From: Octopus bimaculoides
Lineage: Eukaryota
Length of the DNA stretch: 64,000 bases
NCBI RefSeq assembly: GCF_001194135.2
Contig: NC_068992.1
Coordinates: 30,982,097 to 31,046,096, forward strand
Reading direction: 5' to 3'
Shown: piece after piece, positions 11,936-22,544 of the stretch
Numbering within the stretch: the stretch's first letter is position 1
Layout: every line of letters begins with the position of its first letter
Made by a program: the position numbers and the translations under genes
The notes under the pieces: model-generated
What the model was told of the DNA's origin: nothing
Database searches by the model: none
What the model saw: only the letters and a program-made list of their open reading frames with translations

Positions 11936-13599
11936 AGCTTACTCAAGCCTTCCAAGTTCTCTACCACAGCCACGCCAGAAAGAAGAAATAAGAGGAACAA
12001 ATGATACCGGGAAAAACATAAAGAAGTAATATACGTTTATTATTACGCATTAAGTTGGCAATTTCAAATGAGACACAACGTAAACTCTTACAAAATACAG
12101 AGAACATGAATCAAGTGAGCAATGCTTATTTGGATGAAATCAAGATAGCAAATATCAGGAGTGATAACTTTAGTCTCATAGATAGTGAAATAAGCGCCAT
12201 CAAGCATGCAGCGTAAAACGAATTAAATATAAGACAGGAAGGAAATGATGAATTAGATGAAGGGAGCAGCCCGCCACGAGTTGATAGACTGTCAGCTGAC
12301 ACAATCACGCAGAAACCTGAAGAAATAAGAAATTTTAATGAACCTGATAAAAATAGTATGGAAAGTAATAAAGAAGCAGTGTTTGAAGACCACAAATTTG
12401 CTGAAGAACACAGAAAGTCTATGCTAGAAATGAAGTAAAAAAAATCTGAATAAGTTTGCCGTAGTAAAATGTGCAAGTATGAATCATAGAGAACCACCTT
12501 ATAAACACTCAAATACAAACCAAAATAATAATAAAAAGAAGACGATTATTAAATTTGTCAACTATGTAACAAAAGAAATAGAAGTATTAAAATCTGATCT
12601 TACTGAATTAAATGAAATTATTTAACCATCTGCTAATGTAATTGAGACCAGATGTATACCTCCGAAAAACAAATAAACAAACCAACAAAGAAAACCAGAT
12701 CTGGGAAAAAATCTAAACTGGAGAAGTAAAATTTAAAAATATACTGAATTAATGAAAAGAGAGTTGTTAATATTAAATTAACTAATCTGTGAAGATGATA
12801 TAAAATCGAGAAAAGGAAGTAAGATGAAGGGAAAAAAGGGATTCTCGTGAAGAAAAGACCTGCTATTAACAAAAAAATCACTGAAACAAAAGGTTGAAAC
12901 AAAAGCTGAAAGAATACGAAGATTTGAGTAAAGGAACAAAATTTACATCCAATGCCAAAACATTTCACAGAGAAATTAGGAAGAAAAAAATAACGTTTGA
13001 AGACCTCTTCCCTCCTATCAAAGAAGCTGAAATCCTTTGGAAAATGAGTTGTATTGATGAGAAGACATACAGTGAAAATGCAGATTAGATTAGACGCACA
13101 AAAAGATCCTTTCATAATTTACAAGAACAGGCGCGATAAAAGTTTACAATGGCAAATGAAGGAAGACACTCACGAATGCTCGTAAGTGGAGACCCTCGGT
13201 AAAGATAGAGTGCCACGTTTCTGACTCTCATTGCTCCCGTGTGCACACGAAAAGTTAGTTCAGCTGTTCAATGAAATTATGAGAGGCCGTAAGAAAAACC
13301 TGACAGATTAACAAGTGGTATTAATTACCTACTCCCAAAGAATATTGAAACCCAAGTTCAAAAAGATCTATCGGTCCATAACCTGTTTACCAACCAGTTA
13401 TAAAATGTTGGCATTCATACTTGTGAATAATACATATACATTTGTGGAACAGAACGATATTTTTCCCATTGAACTAAAAGGGTGCCGACAATGCTCATAT
13501 GAATGCAAAGATCAATTTTAAATTAATCGTTTGATCTTTGAGAAATGTCACACGCCCTGGAATCTCACTTCTGCGTGGATTGATTAACAAGAGATTTTC

Positions 13600-15285
13600 G
13601 TATCATGAAAATTGTTCGAAATCAATTGTTCGAAAATAATTATTCGAAAAGAATTATTGGAAAAACAGTTATTCGAATTGGCAATTTATCGAAGGAAAAT
13701 TCTTCAAATTGACGATTGTTTGAATTGTTTGATTTGAACATGCACCAGTGACAGATACGTTACTGGAAAGTGAAAGACAGTAAACACGTTGCTCGAGATG
13801 ATTTACCTAGAATTAATATACACTTTAAAGGTGGCCGTATATATTGATAGTGAAAATGGCATGCCCATGCTCAAAATTGATTGATTCATATTTGTAAAAT
13901 ATAAGCAAATTGGAATCAAAATATATTGAAAGTGCAATAAGTTTGAATAGTATTGTAAATGCCATGCAAAAACTAATGACGGTGAAGAGGTTAAAGATTC
14001 TCGTGATCATAGTCTTTCTGGTGAGTCCGTAAACATCGAAGTGCATACTTATATGAACAGAGTAAAACAGGAGGATAAAGAAACCCATGATTCCCCAAAT
14101 TTTATGTTCTCTGCTGCCTCGAAGTTAAGTGAAAAAGAAGTGCTAGCTCTATAAAGAGGACTATTCACAATGTACGACAAAATATGAGATGCGACTTGGC
14201 TAACCTTATTCATAGAACAGAAATGGTTTTCACTGATGAACAGATACGAACTAATAATACTGTTAAGAATAACATAAACATTCTGATAGTTTGTGCATTA
14301 CGTCCAGATAAGAAGGATGACACTTATAGAAAATTGTTAGCTAAAATTAAGTATTCTTAATTTGTAAGTGACGACTATAACGTCAGATTTTGAGCTTGCC
14401 ACTATAAAAGCTGTTGAATAATTCAAAGCAGCTTCACGTTATGGATGTCACTTTCACTTGGGTCAGTGCCTCTATTGAAAAATTTGTGAGTCTGGTCTCA
14501 AAGTAAATTATGATACCGATTCCGAGTTTGCTTTAAGCATTCAAATGATGTTAGCCCCGTATATAAAGTTGTTGAATAATTTAAAACTTTATTAGATTCC
14601 AATATGTGTACTTCAATAGTGAATCCTATTCTGAATTAGTTTGAAGATGTGTGAATTGGTCGCCCTTCAAAACGTCATTGACGAAGGCCTACGCTCGAGA
14701 TATCTACGTGGTCTTGCTTTTAAAGAGTAAATGCTGGTTTACCAATATCTACCTACACCCCTGAAGGACTGCATAGAGCTTTGTTTACAGCAAGTATTAT
14801 CCCATCATCCTACAATATGGAAATTCGTATCATCTCACAATATGGAAATTCGTAGGCGCTCTTAAAAGAGAACAGGTCTTGCAAGAAATTGATATTTCAA
14901 AATAAAAGCAGGTTGCCAAAATATCAAGAGAGCCCCAAAATACCGAGACGTGAATGAAAGCCTCAATAAATTTGTGGCATCCATTAAGGAAAGCCTCATG
15001 AAATCAGTGGCATCCATTAACATTCAGTTAACATTACGTGGCGTAGCATATAACTTAACTTTATAAATATATTTTTTTAAGCATTGGAAATAAATATATA
15101 TGTTTTGTACTTGATTTTTAATTTTATCATGTTTGTTTAAATAAAATAAATAGAAAATATAGAATAATTAATGTTTCGTATAATTTTCATTCATAGAATT
15201 TTCTATTCGAATAAAAGTTTTTCGAATAATTGTTTTCAATTAATTGTTTTTCGACCAATTATTTTCGAAAAATGTTCACATAATC
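13600..15285 (+). mobile_element. Mutator-like (MULE) DNA transposon, decayed, with subrepeat-containing TIRs and a 9-bp TSD
   Basis: TSD GAGATTTTC at 13591-13599 and 15286-15294. Both termini start with G and carry inverted arrays of about 13-bp AATTnTTCGAAA units. Transposase remnants: SDFELATIKAV, GCHFHLGQCLY*KI, EGLHRA and HPTIWKFVGALKREQ. FLYWCH-like RYWK...HAH remnant near 13760-13870. Confidence 0.9.
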
Positions 15286-15484
15286 GAGATTTTCACTGCA
15301 TGCCGCATTCATGGATGTTGAAATCGCAGGACGTCTTCAAAATTTCTACTGTAAATTCGAACTTCCCGAAACATAATATGTCACTTTAATAGAATGCTCT
15401 TTTCAAAAATATTAACGTTAACTGTGGGATATTCAAAGGTAACTCACTTTCAACTCTGATATTTTGCACAGCACTAATTCCCCT

Positions 15485-16480
15485 CAATAAAGCCATCCAT
15501 ATAGTTATCGAGTGAAAACGAAAAGGACAATAAGCTAGCATTCCTGGACGTATTAATAACACTCACCAAATATGGATTCAGAAATCCGTATACCGCAAGC
15601 CGGCATTCACTGGACGATACCTTAACTTCAATTCCCACCATAAGTACACTGTAAAGAGAGGAATTGCTCAGTGCCTAAAACATCGAGCAAAGAATATAAG
15701 TAGCGATCGTGATACCCACCACGAAGAAATAGTCAAGCTCACTAACAATCTGTTATGCAACAACTACCCCAAAAACATACTATCTACTCAAATTATTAAG
15801 AAAAGAGAGGAAGAAACCAATAAACTGTTTGCCCTATGTGAAAGGCTTCTTCGAAAAGATACAAAAGATATGCGGCCCATATGACATAAGGACAGTATTC
15901 AAGAGTAATACACTCTTCGCAAATATCTCATTCGATTAAAACCAGCAATAGAAGAGAATATGACCAAAAGCTGCGTGTACTAGATCCCATGCAGCTGTGG
16001 TAGATGAAACATGGCGCCCCCTCAAAATAAGAGTAGACGAACATCGCAAAGCTGTGTCACAAGGAGATATCGAAAAATCGGGTATGGAAAAATGGAGACC
16101 ACCTCCTCCTGTGGGATGACGTTAAAATAATAGACAGAAAACACCACTGGAAAATACGAAAACTAAAAGAAGCAGCACATATGCTAAGACACAACAACCT
16201 CCTAAGCAGACGGAGTGCAGACGTGAAGAGTATACAGGAGCAAGTATTAAAGAAGGACAGGAAAATATTAGATTTATAAGCCCTGAAATTCATTCCATAA
16301 TTACCCACAGACATATGGTGTAGTGGTTAAGAGCGCGGGCTACTAACTTCAAGATTCTGAGTTCGATTCCTAGCAGTAACCTGAGGAATGAGAACCCTAG
16401 TTCGAAATTTCCTCACGACACCTGATGTAGACTGGAGAGTATATATAACACAAAGAAGATGAAGATGAAGACAAGTATCC
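15485..16480 (+). mobile_element. Penelope-like element (PLE), 5'-truncated: RT C-terminus, GIY-YIG remnant and 3' terminal region
   Basis: ENEKDNKLAFLDVLI, VYRKPAFTGRYLNFNSHHKYTVKRGI, NNYPKNI and PCSCG..ETWRPLKIRVDEHRKAV. Confidence 0.85.
16310..16381 (+). ncRNA. tRNA-derived Pol III-type segment at the 3' end of the PLE (not a functional tRNA)
   Basis: A-box-like TGGTGTAGTGG and B-box GAGTTCGATTCC (16359-16370). The anticodon and acceptor stems do not pair fully. Confidence 0.65.
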
Positions 16481-16585
16481 AGAATCCTAAGTCATACATA
16501 TCAGTTTTATACCTATATTCTGATCTCTTTATGTACAAGAGAACAGAATATAGGTATAAAACTGATATGTATGACTTAGAATTCT
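16481..16585. repeat. Near-perfect inverted repeat (about 49-bp arms, 2 mismatches, 7-nt loop)
   Basis: CTAAGTCATACATATCAGTTTTATACCTATATTCTG pairs perfectly with CAGAATATAGGTATAAAACTGATATGTATGACTTAG (36 bp). Pairing extends inward (TCTCTT/AAGAGA) and outward (AGAAT/ATTCT). Confidence 0.95.
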
Positions 16586-17126
16586 AAACCAGTGATAAGG
16601 TAAAGGTCTCTTACGTACCGTGAAATCATTCAAGGATGACATCGAAATGGTGTTTGGTCTTGATAAGTGTTCCAATGTCACTTTGCGGAAAGAGAAATTG
16701 AAAACCTCAAATTCAGTCGTGTTAGATGTTGGCATGGTTGCAAAAGAATTTGAGCAAATCTATAAAGCTGTGTAAATAATCACGTGAGTATGATCGAGAT
16801 CAGAAGCGAACGTTATTGAGAGTTCGAGCAGTCTTGTAATCTCAGCTAAATCTTTATAATACAGTGTTATCCATAATGTAGTTCATTTCGTGCGTTGGAA
16901 AGCGTTTATGAGGATGTCACTGTGTAGGTTCATATCTCAAATTGTGGAAATAGGCTTCTATCAGGGAAATCATGTGTTAAATTCATTTTTAACAGTATGT
17001 GTGACAATGAAATTTCACCGACTTTTCTGCTTGTTGCCGACAGAAATATAATACCTTTAGCAATATCCAGCACAAAAACATATACATCCCTCTCGAACGC
17101 AAACGCACGATCATACACTTCCTCCG

Positions 17127-17127
<1 letters not shown>

Positions 17128-17204
<77 letters not shown>
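17128..17204. repeat. (CA)n microsatellite
   Basis: Read directly from the sequence. Confidence 0.95.
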
Positions 17205-17207
<3 letters not shown>

Positions 17208-18198
17208 TACACACAGATCCAATAAATATAAATTTCGTTTAAACGAAATTGCAAACGTTCCTCACTATCAAAACAAAATAGAGAATCATAATTTATTGTA
17301 ACATAATTAAATTGACATAAAATTTCGAAATATGTTACAATACTAAACCCGAAGTCTATATTTTACTCTCATTTATTATTTTTTGTATGTCTTTTATATA
17401 TCATTTTATTTTTTTCACCTTTATGAATTATTTATTGAGTTTGATTTTAACTCATTTCATTAATGCAGCTTATGCGATATTAGACATGTCCTCAAGCATG
17501 CATCATTTTGTCGTGCATAGTATTTTTTTCAATTTATATTCTCCTCTTAGCAATTATTGAAATATAATATTCATTACATTTTAATCTAGATCTAATTAAG
17601 CAAGAAAAGTGCTATGAATTCACAAATCTAATGATAGTTTCGCGAAAGAATTGTTCCATAAAGCGTCCTTTTGTATTTTATGTAGAATGATTTCTTTGCC
17701 TGCAGGCATATTTTGTTGAAGCAAGGAAACAAATACATTCAAAAATATACAAAATTATATTTCTAAAACTTTACAAAAGTATATATTGCAAAGATTTATT
17801 TACATCAGCTACAGACTGGAAAAGCTGTGGCAGTCCGTCATAATACTCAGTATATTTTATTGGAAATTATATTGCAATTTTCTCTACGTTAATATTTTAT
17901 AAGACTTCAAACCTGAAATATTTCCTATTGAAAAATATGAAAATCATGACGGTTCCTCGTTGTAGGAGAATATACATATATTCATATTACTTAAAATGTT
18001 TTTCTCAAGAAATAGACATATCTTGTTGGCACAGAGTGTGTCCAGATATATGCGGTTTACAGTAAATGTAACATATAAAAAAACTAAAATAACTTATTTA
18101 GGCGCAGCTATGTCAATGTAACAAAGTGATTTCGTTCCAGTACAGTTCCAGTGCGCCTCACCTTGGCCAAGCGTCTCCGCTGACATATGCCTTGTCTA

Positions 18199-18714
18199 AA
18201 TTGCCGAATCTAAGATCTTGTTGCTACATATGCCAAGTCATCCCTTAAGTAACCTTTGAATACTGGGTAAGGAAAAAAAAACAGATATAATTTTACATTT
18301 TATTAAAATTATATCCTGTATATAATTCCATAAACAACATGACTATTTCGGGTTGCTTCTGCTGTACTGTCTCTGCTTTTGAACTCACGAAGCATTTTGT
18401 GCCTTAAATGCTCCTTCGATACATCCATCTTTGAGGGGTTTATATTAGTAATTAATTACGTTAAATGTTTCCAAATTCATATGAGTACTAATGGATACCA
18501 TTTGACATTTTAAAATACTGCAAGAATTTGATAGAAATTACATATATTATATTTTGGGCAATATTTATAGGATAACCTGNNNNNNNNNNNNNNNNNNNNN
18601 NNNNNNNNNNNNNNNNNNNNNNNNNNNNNNNNNNNNNNNNNNNNNNNNNNNNNNNNNNNNNNNNNNNNNNNNNNNNNNNNNNNNNNNNNNNATCTTAGAT
18701 TCGGCAATTCAGTG
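18199..18714 (-). mobile_element. Internally deleted mariner derivative (MITE-like)
   Basis: Minus strand 18425 to about 18325 encodes MDVSKEHLRHKMLREFKSRDSTAEATRNSHVVYG, a mariner transposase N-terminus. An 18-bp inverted repeat AATTGCCGAATCTAAGAT lies at 18199-18216 and 18692-18709. An N-gap occupies 18580-18691. Confidence 0.7.
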
Positions 18715-18739
18715 TAGTGTTCTCAATATTATTTCGCGC

Positions 18740-19016
18740 TCTTTTAAAGGCTAGCCAGGTCCATGGGCCCGGTTTCCCGGTTTCTATGGCGTATGCGTCC
18801 CCCTACCCAGCTGGACAGGACACCAGTCTATCGCAGTGTTATAGAGTGAGAGAAAGTTGGGGCGAAACAGGGGTCACCACTACCCCCTGCTAGAGCTTCG
18901 TGGAGCTTTAGGCGTTTTTGCTCAATAAACACACACAACGCCCTGTCTGGGAATCTAAACTGCGATCCTCCGACCGCGAGTCCGTTGCCCTAAACACTGG
19001 GCTATTGCGCCTCCAC
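18740..19016 (-). mobile_element. tRNA-derived SINE (octopus OR-like)
   Basis: Minus strand gtggaggcgcaatagcccagtgtttagggcaacggactcgcggtcggaggatcgcagtttagattcccagac is a tRNA-like head with A and B boxes. Confidence 0.8.
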
Positions 19017-19429
19017 GTTCTCAATTTTACAAAACAGAATATGTATTACATGCTTCGGTAATTCGTTCGTTTACAGCATTTGTGCGTTCAGATAAGAAGT
19101 GTGATTTTTCTAATTTGTTTTATAATTAACTTTTATTATTTCCAGTTTTCCCTGTTATAATTTAAAACAGCACGACCAGAGGGCCGTGAAGTCTTGTGTG
19201 AACAAATGAAGACAGGACCTTTTGTTTTTGAGAATAAAGAAAAGGAGAAAGCAACAAAAATAAAAATAAAAAATATAAAAAAATAATAATCATAAATAAA
19301 TAAAATCAAAGAAAGGAAAAAAAAGAAAAAAAGGAATAAAGAATAAATAGCATAAAATAAATAAGACTACACACTACTACAAATTCACTCATAAAATCTT
19401 AATACAGTTCTACAAGAAGTAACAGTAGA

Positions 19430-20290
19430 GGACTATCATGCGTTTACAGTCTTCGTTTTCTTAGAAAATTCCTCTTGCTTGCTTTCATAGTATGATCTGT
19501 ATTTTTTCTGTTAGATATCTGTCGTGCACAAAGTATGTAACATTTCAGAAGCTGAGAGTGTTTTTAGACTCTTTGCTTTTATATATAAAAAAGACAAAAT
19601 TGCCAATAATATTAGGAGGTCAAAGATGCCATCCATATATGTGATTTTCTCAGCCCCAAAAGAATGAGCCGTGGGTCAAGTTTCATATTGCGAGCATGTA
19701 TGCACTTTTCATACCGAAAATCTAAGAAGCGTTGCCAGAAGGCCAGTACACATTCACAATACCAGAAAAGGTAAGATATCGTCTCCACGTCACGTTGACA
19801 AAAAGTGCACGTGTTGATTTCAGCCAATTTAATCTTGAATAGTAGAGAATTAGTAGCTAGAATATAGTATATAATTGCAAACTGGAACCATCGTAGTTTA
19901 GTATATGTTGTCTTTATAGGCAGTAAAAAATATTATTTCGCATTCCCGTTCAGCAAGCATATACTCTTCCCATTTGTGTTTGAGTATTAAACAAACCTCA
20001 ACATGATTTAAAGCATAGTAATATCGTTTGGCTCCTTTCTTAACAGACATGAGCTTTCGGATAGCTGCATAATGCTCTAAATGTTGGAAAGCAGTAGGTT
20101 TGCGTATTTTAAACTTTGTTTAGTAGCTTTTAATGTCCCTGATAAGCCCAGTATACTAGAGAAAATTTGTATCAAGATTTAAAGCCTTCTGGAATTCTTC
20201 CAGGGTGCGGTAAGATCCATCTAAATTGTTAAAGTAACGAATCTGGCTAACACCTCTCACGAATCACGCACGATAAATATTGTCTCCATG
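19430..20290 (-). mobile_element. L1/Tx1-group LINE 3' fragment (zf-RVT region)
   Basis: WFQFAIIYYILATNSLLFKIKLAEINTCTFCQRDVETISYLFWYCECVLAFW...LILLG is a typical L1/Tx1 ORF2 C-terminal zinc-binding region. Confidence 0.8.
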
Positions 20291-20612
20291 TTATTTGTAA
20301 ACTTGTCAAAAGTGTAATTTTTCTACTTGTCATTATGTGTCAGAATAATGTATCGGTGATGTGCCTTCTGAAAATATTCAAATATGGTGTGTGAGTTGAA
20401 ATAGATTATGCTAGGACCAAATTGTTATCGCAGACGCAAAGTACGCTGTAAATTACATTTGATTAAAAAAAAGAAAAAAATCAATGAATGCTGTCTCGTA
20501 TCTTCTTCCAAGATCCGATTCAACATGCTCTAAAAGAGCAAAACGTTTCGTTGTTGTTTCTCTTGTAGCGTGATAAGTATTCCCTAAGCTCTTTGTCTCT
20601 TTCTTAGGACAA

Positions 20613-20633
20613 ATGCAGACACACACACACACG

Positions 20634-20665
<32 letters not shown>

Positions 20666-20858
20666 TACACACACACACATAGACACAGACACACACATAT
20701 ACTCTATTATTTTTTCATATGTTTCAGTAGATTATACACATATTATGTTATGTTATATTATATTATGTTATATTATATTATACACATGTAGAGCTTGAAA
20801 CACGTGTACCGCGGAATCCTTTGTAGTTGTGTTGTCATTTTTCTCTTTTGGATTTACA

Positions 20859-20896
<38 letters not shown>
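20613..20896. repeat. (CA)n, (TTATA)n and (TA)n low-complexity cluster before an N-gap
   Basis: Read directly from the sequence. Confidence 0.9.
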
Positions 20897-21733
20897 NNNN
20901 NNNNNNNNNNNNNNNNNNNNNNNNNNNNNNNNNNNNNNNNNNNNNNNNNNNNNNNNNNNNNNNNNNNNNNNNNNNNNNNNNNNNNNNNNNNNNNNNNNNN
21001 NNNNNNNNNNNNNNNNNNNNNNNNNNNNNNNNNNNNNNNNNNNNNNNNNNNNNNNNNNNNNNNNNNNNNNNNNNNNNNNNNNNNNNNNNNNNNNNNNNNN
21101 NNNNNNNNNNNNNNNNNNNNNNNNNNNNNNNNNNNNNNNNNNNNNNNNNNNNNNNNNNNNNNNNNNNNNNNNNNNNNNNNNNNNNNNNNNNNNNNNNNNN
21201 NNNNNNNNNNNNNNNNNNNNNNNNNNNNNNNNNNNNNNNNNNNNNNNNNNNNNNNNNNNNNNNNNNNNNNNNNNNNNNNNNNNNNNNNNNNNNNNNNNNN
21301 NNNNNNNNNNNNNNNNTATATATAAGGTGTGGCGAGGGCGTATGTGCATGTATTTAGCTAAATCTCTATATACAGATAGCAAGTAATATACATCTATAGA
21401 AATGTGTGTGTGTATGTGCTTCTATATATAATATTCATTTGATGTATTAATTTCGAGATTATGACTAATTTCATCACTCCTAACATTAATATATCTTTGT
21501 TTGCGCTGTTTGTGTTTGCTTAGCTTTTTTCTAAACTTTTATCAAATCTCAATTTATATTCATTTCAATTGGTGAATGCCCAAGTAAATTATTTTTATTA
21601 TGCTTGTTTTTTTAAGTATGTTATACAACGATGTTTACTGTTTTTGATGTTACTTTTAATGAAAATTTAATTATGTTGTTTTAAGTATCATATACACGAT
21701 TTCGTGTTCCATACTTTCTAAATTTTCTTCTAG

Positions 21734-21963
21734 AAATACTCAATCACGCTTTCTATCAGAAAAATTCGCAGCTAGAATATGGAATGTACACTTTCTCGTA
21801 TATTAGTAAGGATATAGTATTTACTAAATTTGGGCTCTCTATAATAAGTCAGATTCCAATATATCGCTTGTCTAAGGGGCAAACTGGGAGGACCGTTAGG
21901 ACGCTGAAAAATAATTACTCTCCTGCCGTCCATCTTTATGTTTTGACTTCCAATTCTGCCGAG
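21734..21963 (+). CDS. Candidate coding exon of an unidentified host gene
   Basis: Acceptor aattttcttctag and donor GAG|gtaaat. Open frame ILNHAFYQKNSQLEYGMYTFSYISKDIVFTKFGLSIISQIPIYRLSKGQTGRTVRTLKNNYSPAVHLYVLTSNSAE with a phase-0 end. Confidence 0.45.
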
Positions 21964-22093
21964 GTAAATACTGCCTAACACATTCTGATTTTAATCTGAC
22001 CCTTCCCCCGATCTTGTGAAATATAGCAATCTCTTGTTTATATTAATTTTTTTGTGTGTACATTAGCGAATCGTTAAATCATCCATTATTTAG

Positions 22094-22242
22094 GATGACG
22101 AAAATACAAATTACAAGAGAGAAACTGGTCAGGAAAAATTTGAAGACCGAGCGGGCTTAACTGATGAGCAAACGGAAATTGCCCAAAATAAAATCAGTCT
22201 TGAGAATTCCCGGTCGGCATTTTTCGGACAATTATGGTTCCT
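22094..22242 (+). CDS. Candidate coding exon, phase-compatible with 21734-21963
   Basis: Acceptor ccattatttag and donor CT|gttagt. Only frame 0 is open (DDENTNYKRETGQEKFEDRAGLTDEQTEIAQNKISLENSRSAFFGQLWF). The intervening intron is 130 nt, GT-AG. Confidence 0.45.
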
Positions 22243-22544
22243 GTTAGTATATATGTTTACATTTCATGTGCGTTAACTACATCATTAGAGCATAGTAACT
22301 TTTATTTCTTATAAACCTAGTTACATATAGTGATAATTATAATTCTCCTGTTTCGTGAAATATTGCCCCCTCTCTCTCTCTCTCTCTCTCCCCCTTTATA
22401 AAGATATATATATATATAACCCAGAAACCATGGTCTGCTGCTACTGCTATTAGGTAGAGGAGAGAAGTACACTCCCTTGCTTACAGTATATCAGACACAT
22501 ATGGTATGTCGATAACCAGTTGGAAAATATGCTAGGGATGGGAA

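Larger units (their letters stand above)
11940..16950 (+). mobile_element. R4/Dong element interrupted by MULE and Penelope insertions
   Basis: N-terminal domain near 12000-12200. ITCLPTSYKML and KGCRQCSYECKDQF lie before the MULE. CMPHSWMLK and GIFKGNSLSTLIFCTALIPL lie after it. KRTEYRYK, MYDLEF and FKDDIEMVFGLDKCS lie after the Penelope element. The RT motifs are collinear once the inserts are removed. Confidence 0.8.

Noticed and set aside
14812-15030. Short tandem duplications (18 bp and about 31 bp) inside the MULE
   Set aside because: These are ordinary slippage duplications in a dead element, as are those at about 2335-2363 and 59447-59468.
16310-16381. Functional tRNA gene
   Set aside because: A and B boxes are present, but the anticodon and acceptor stems are broken and it is embedded in a PLE end.
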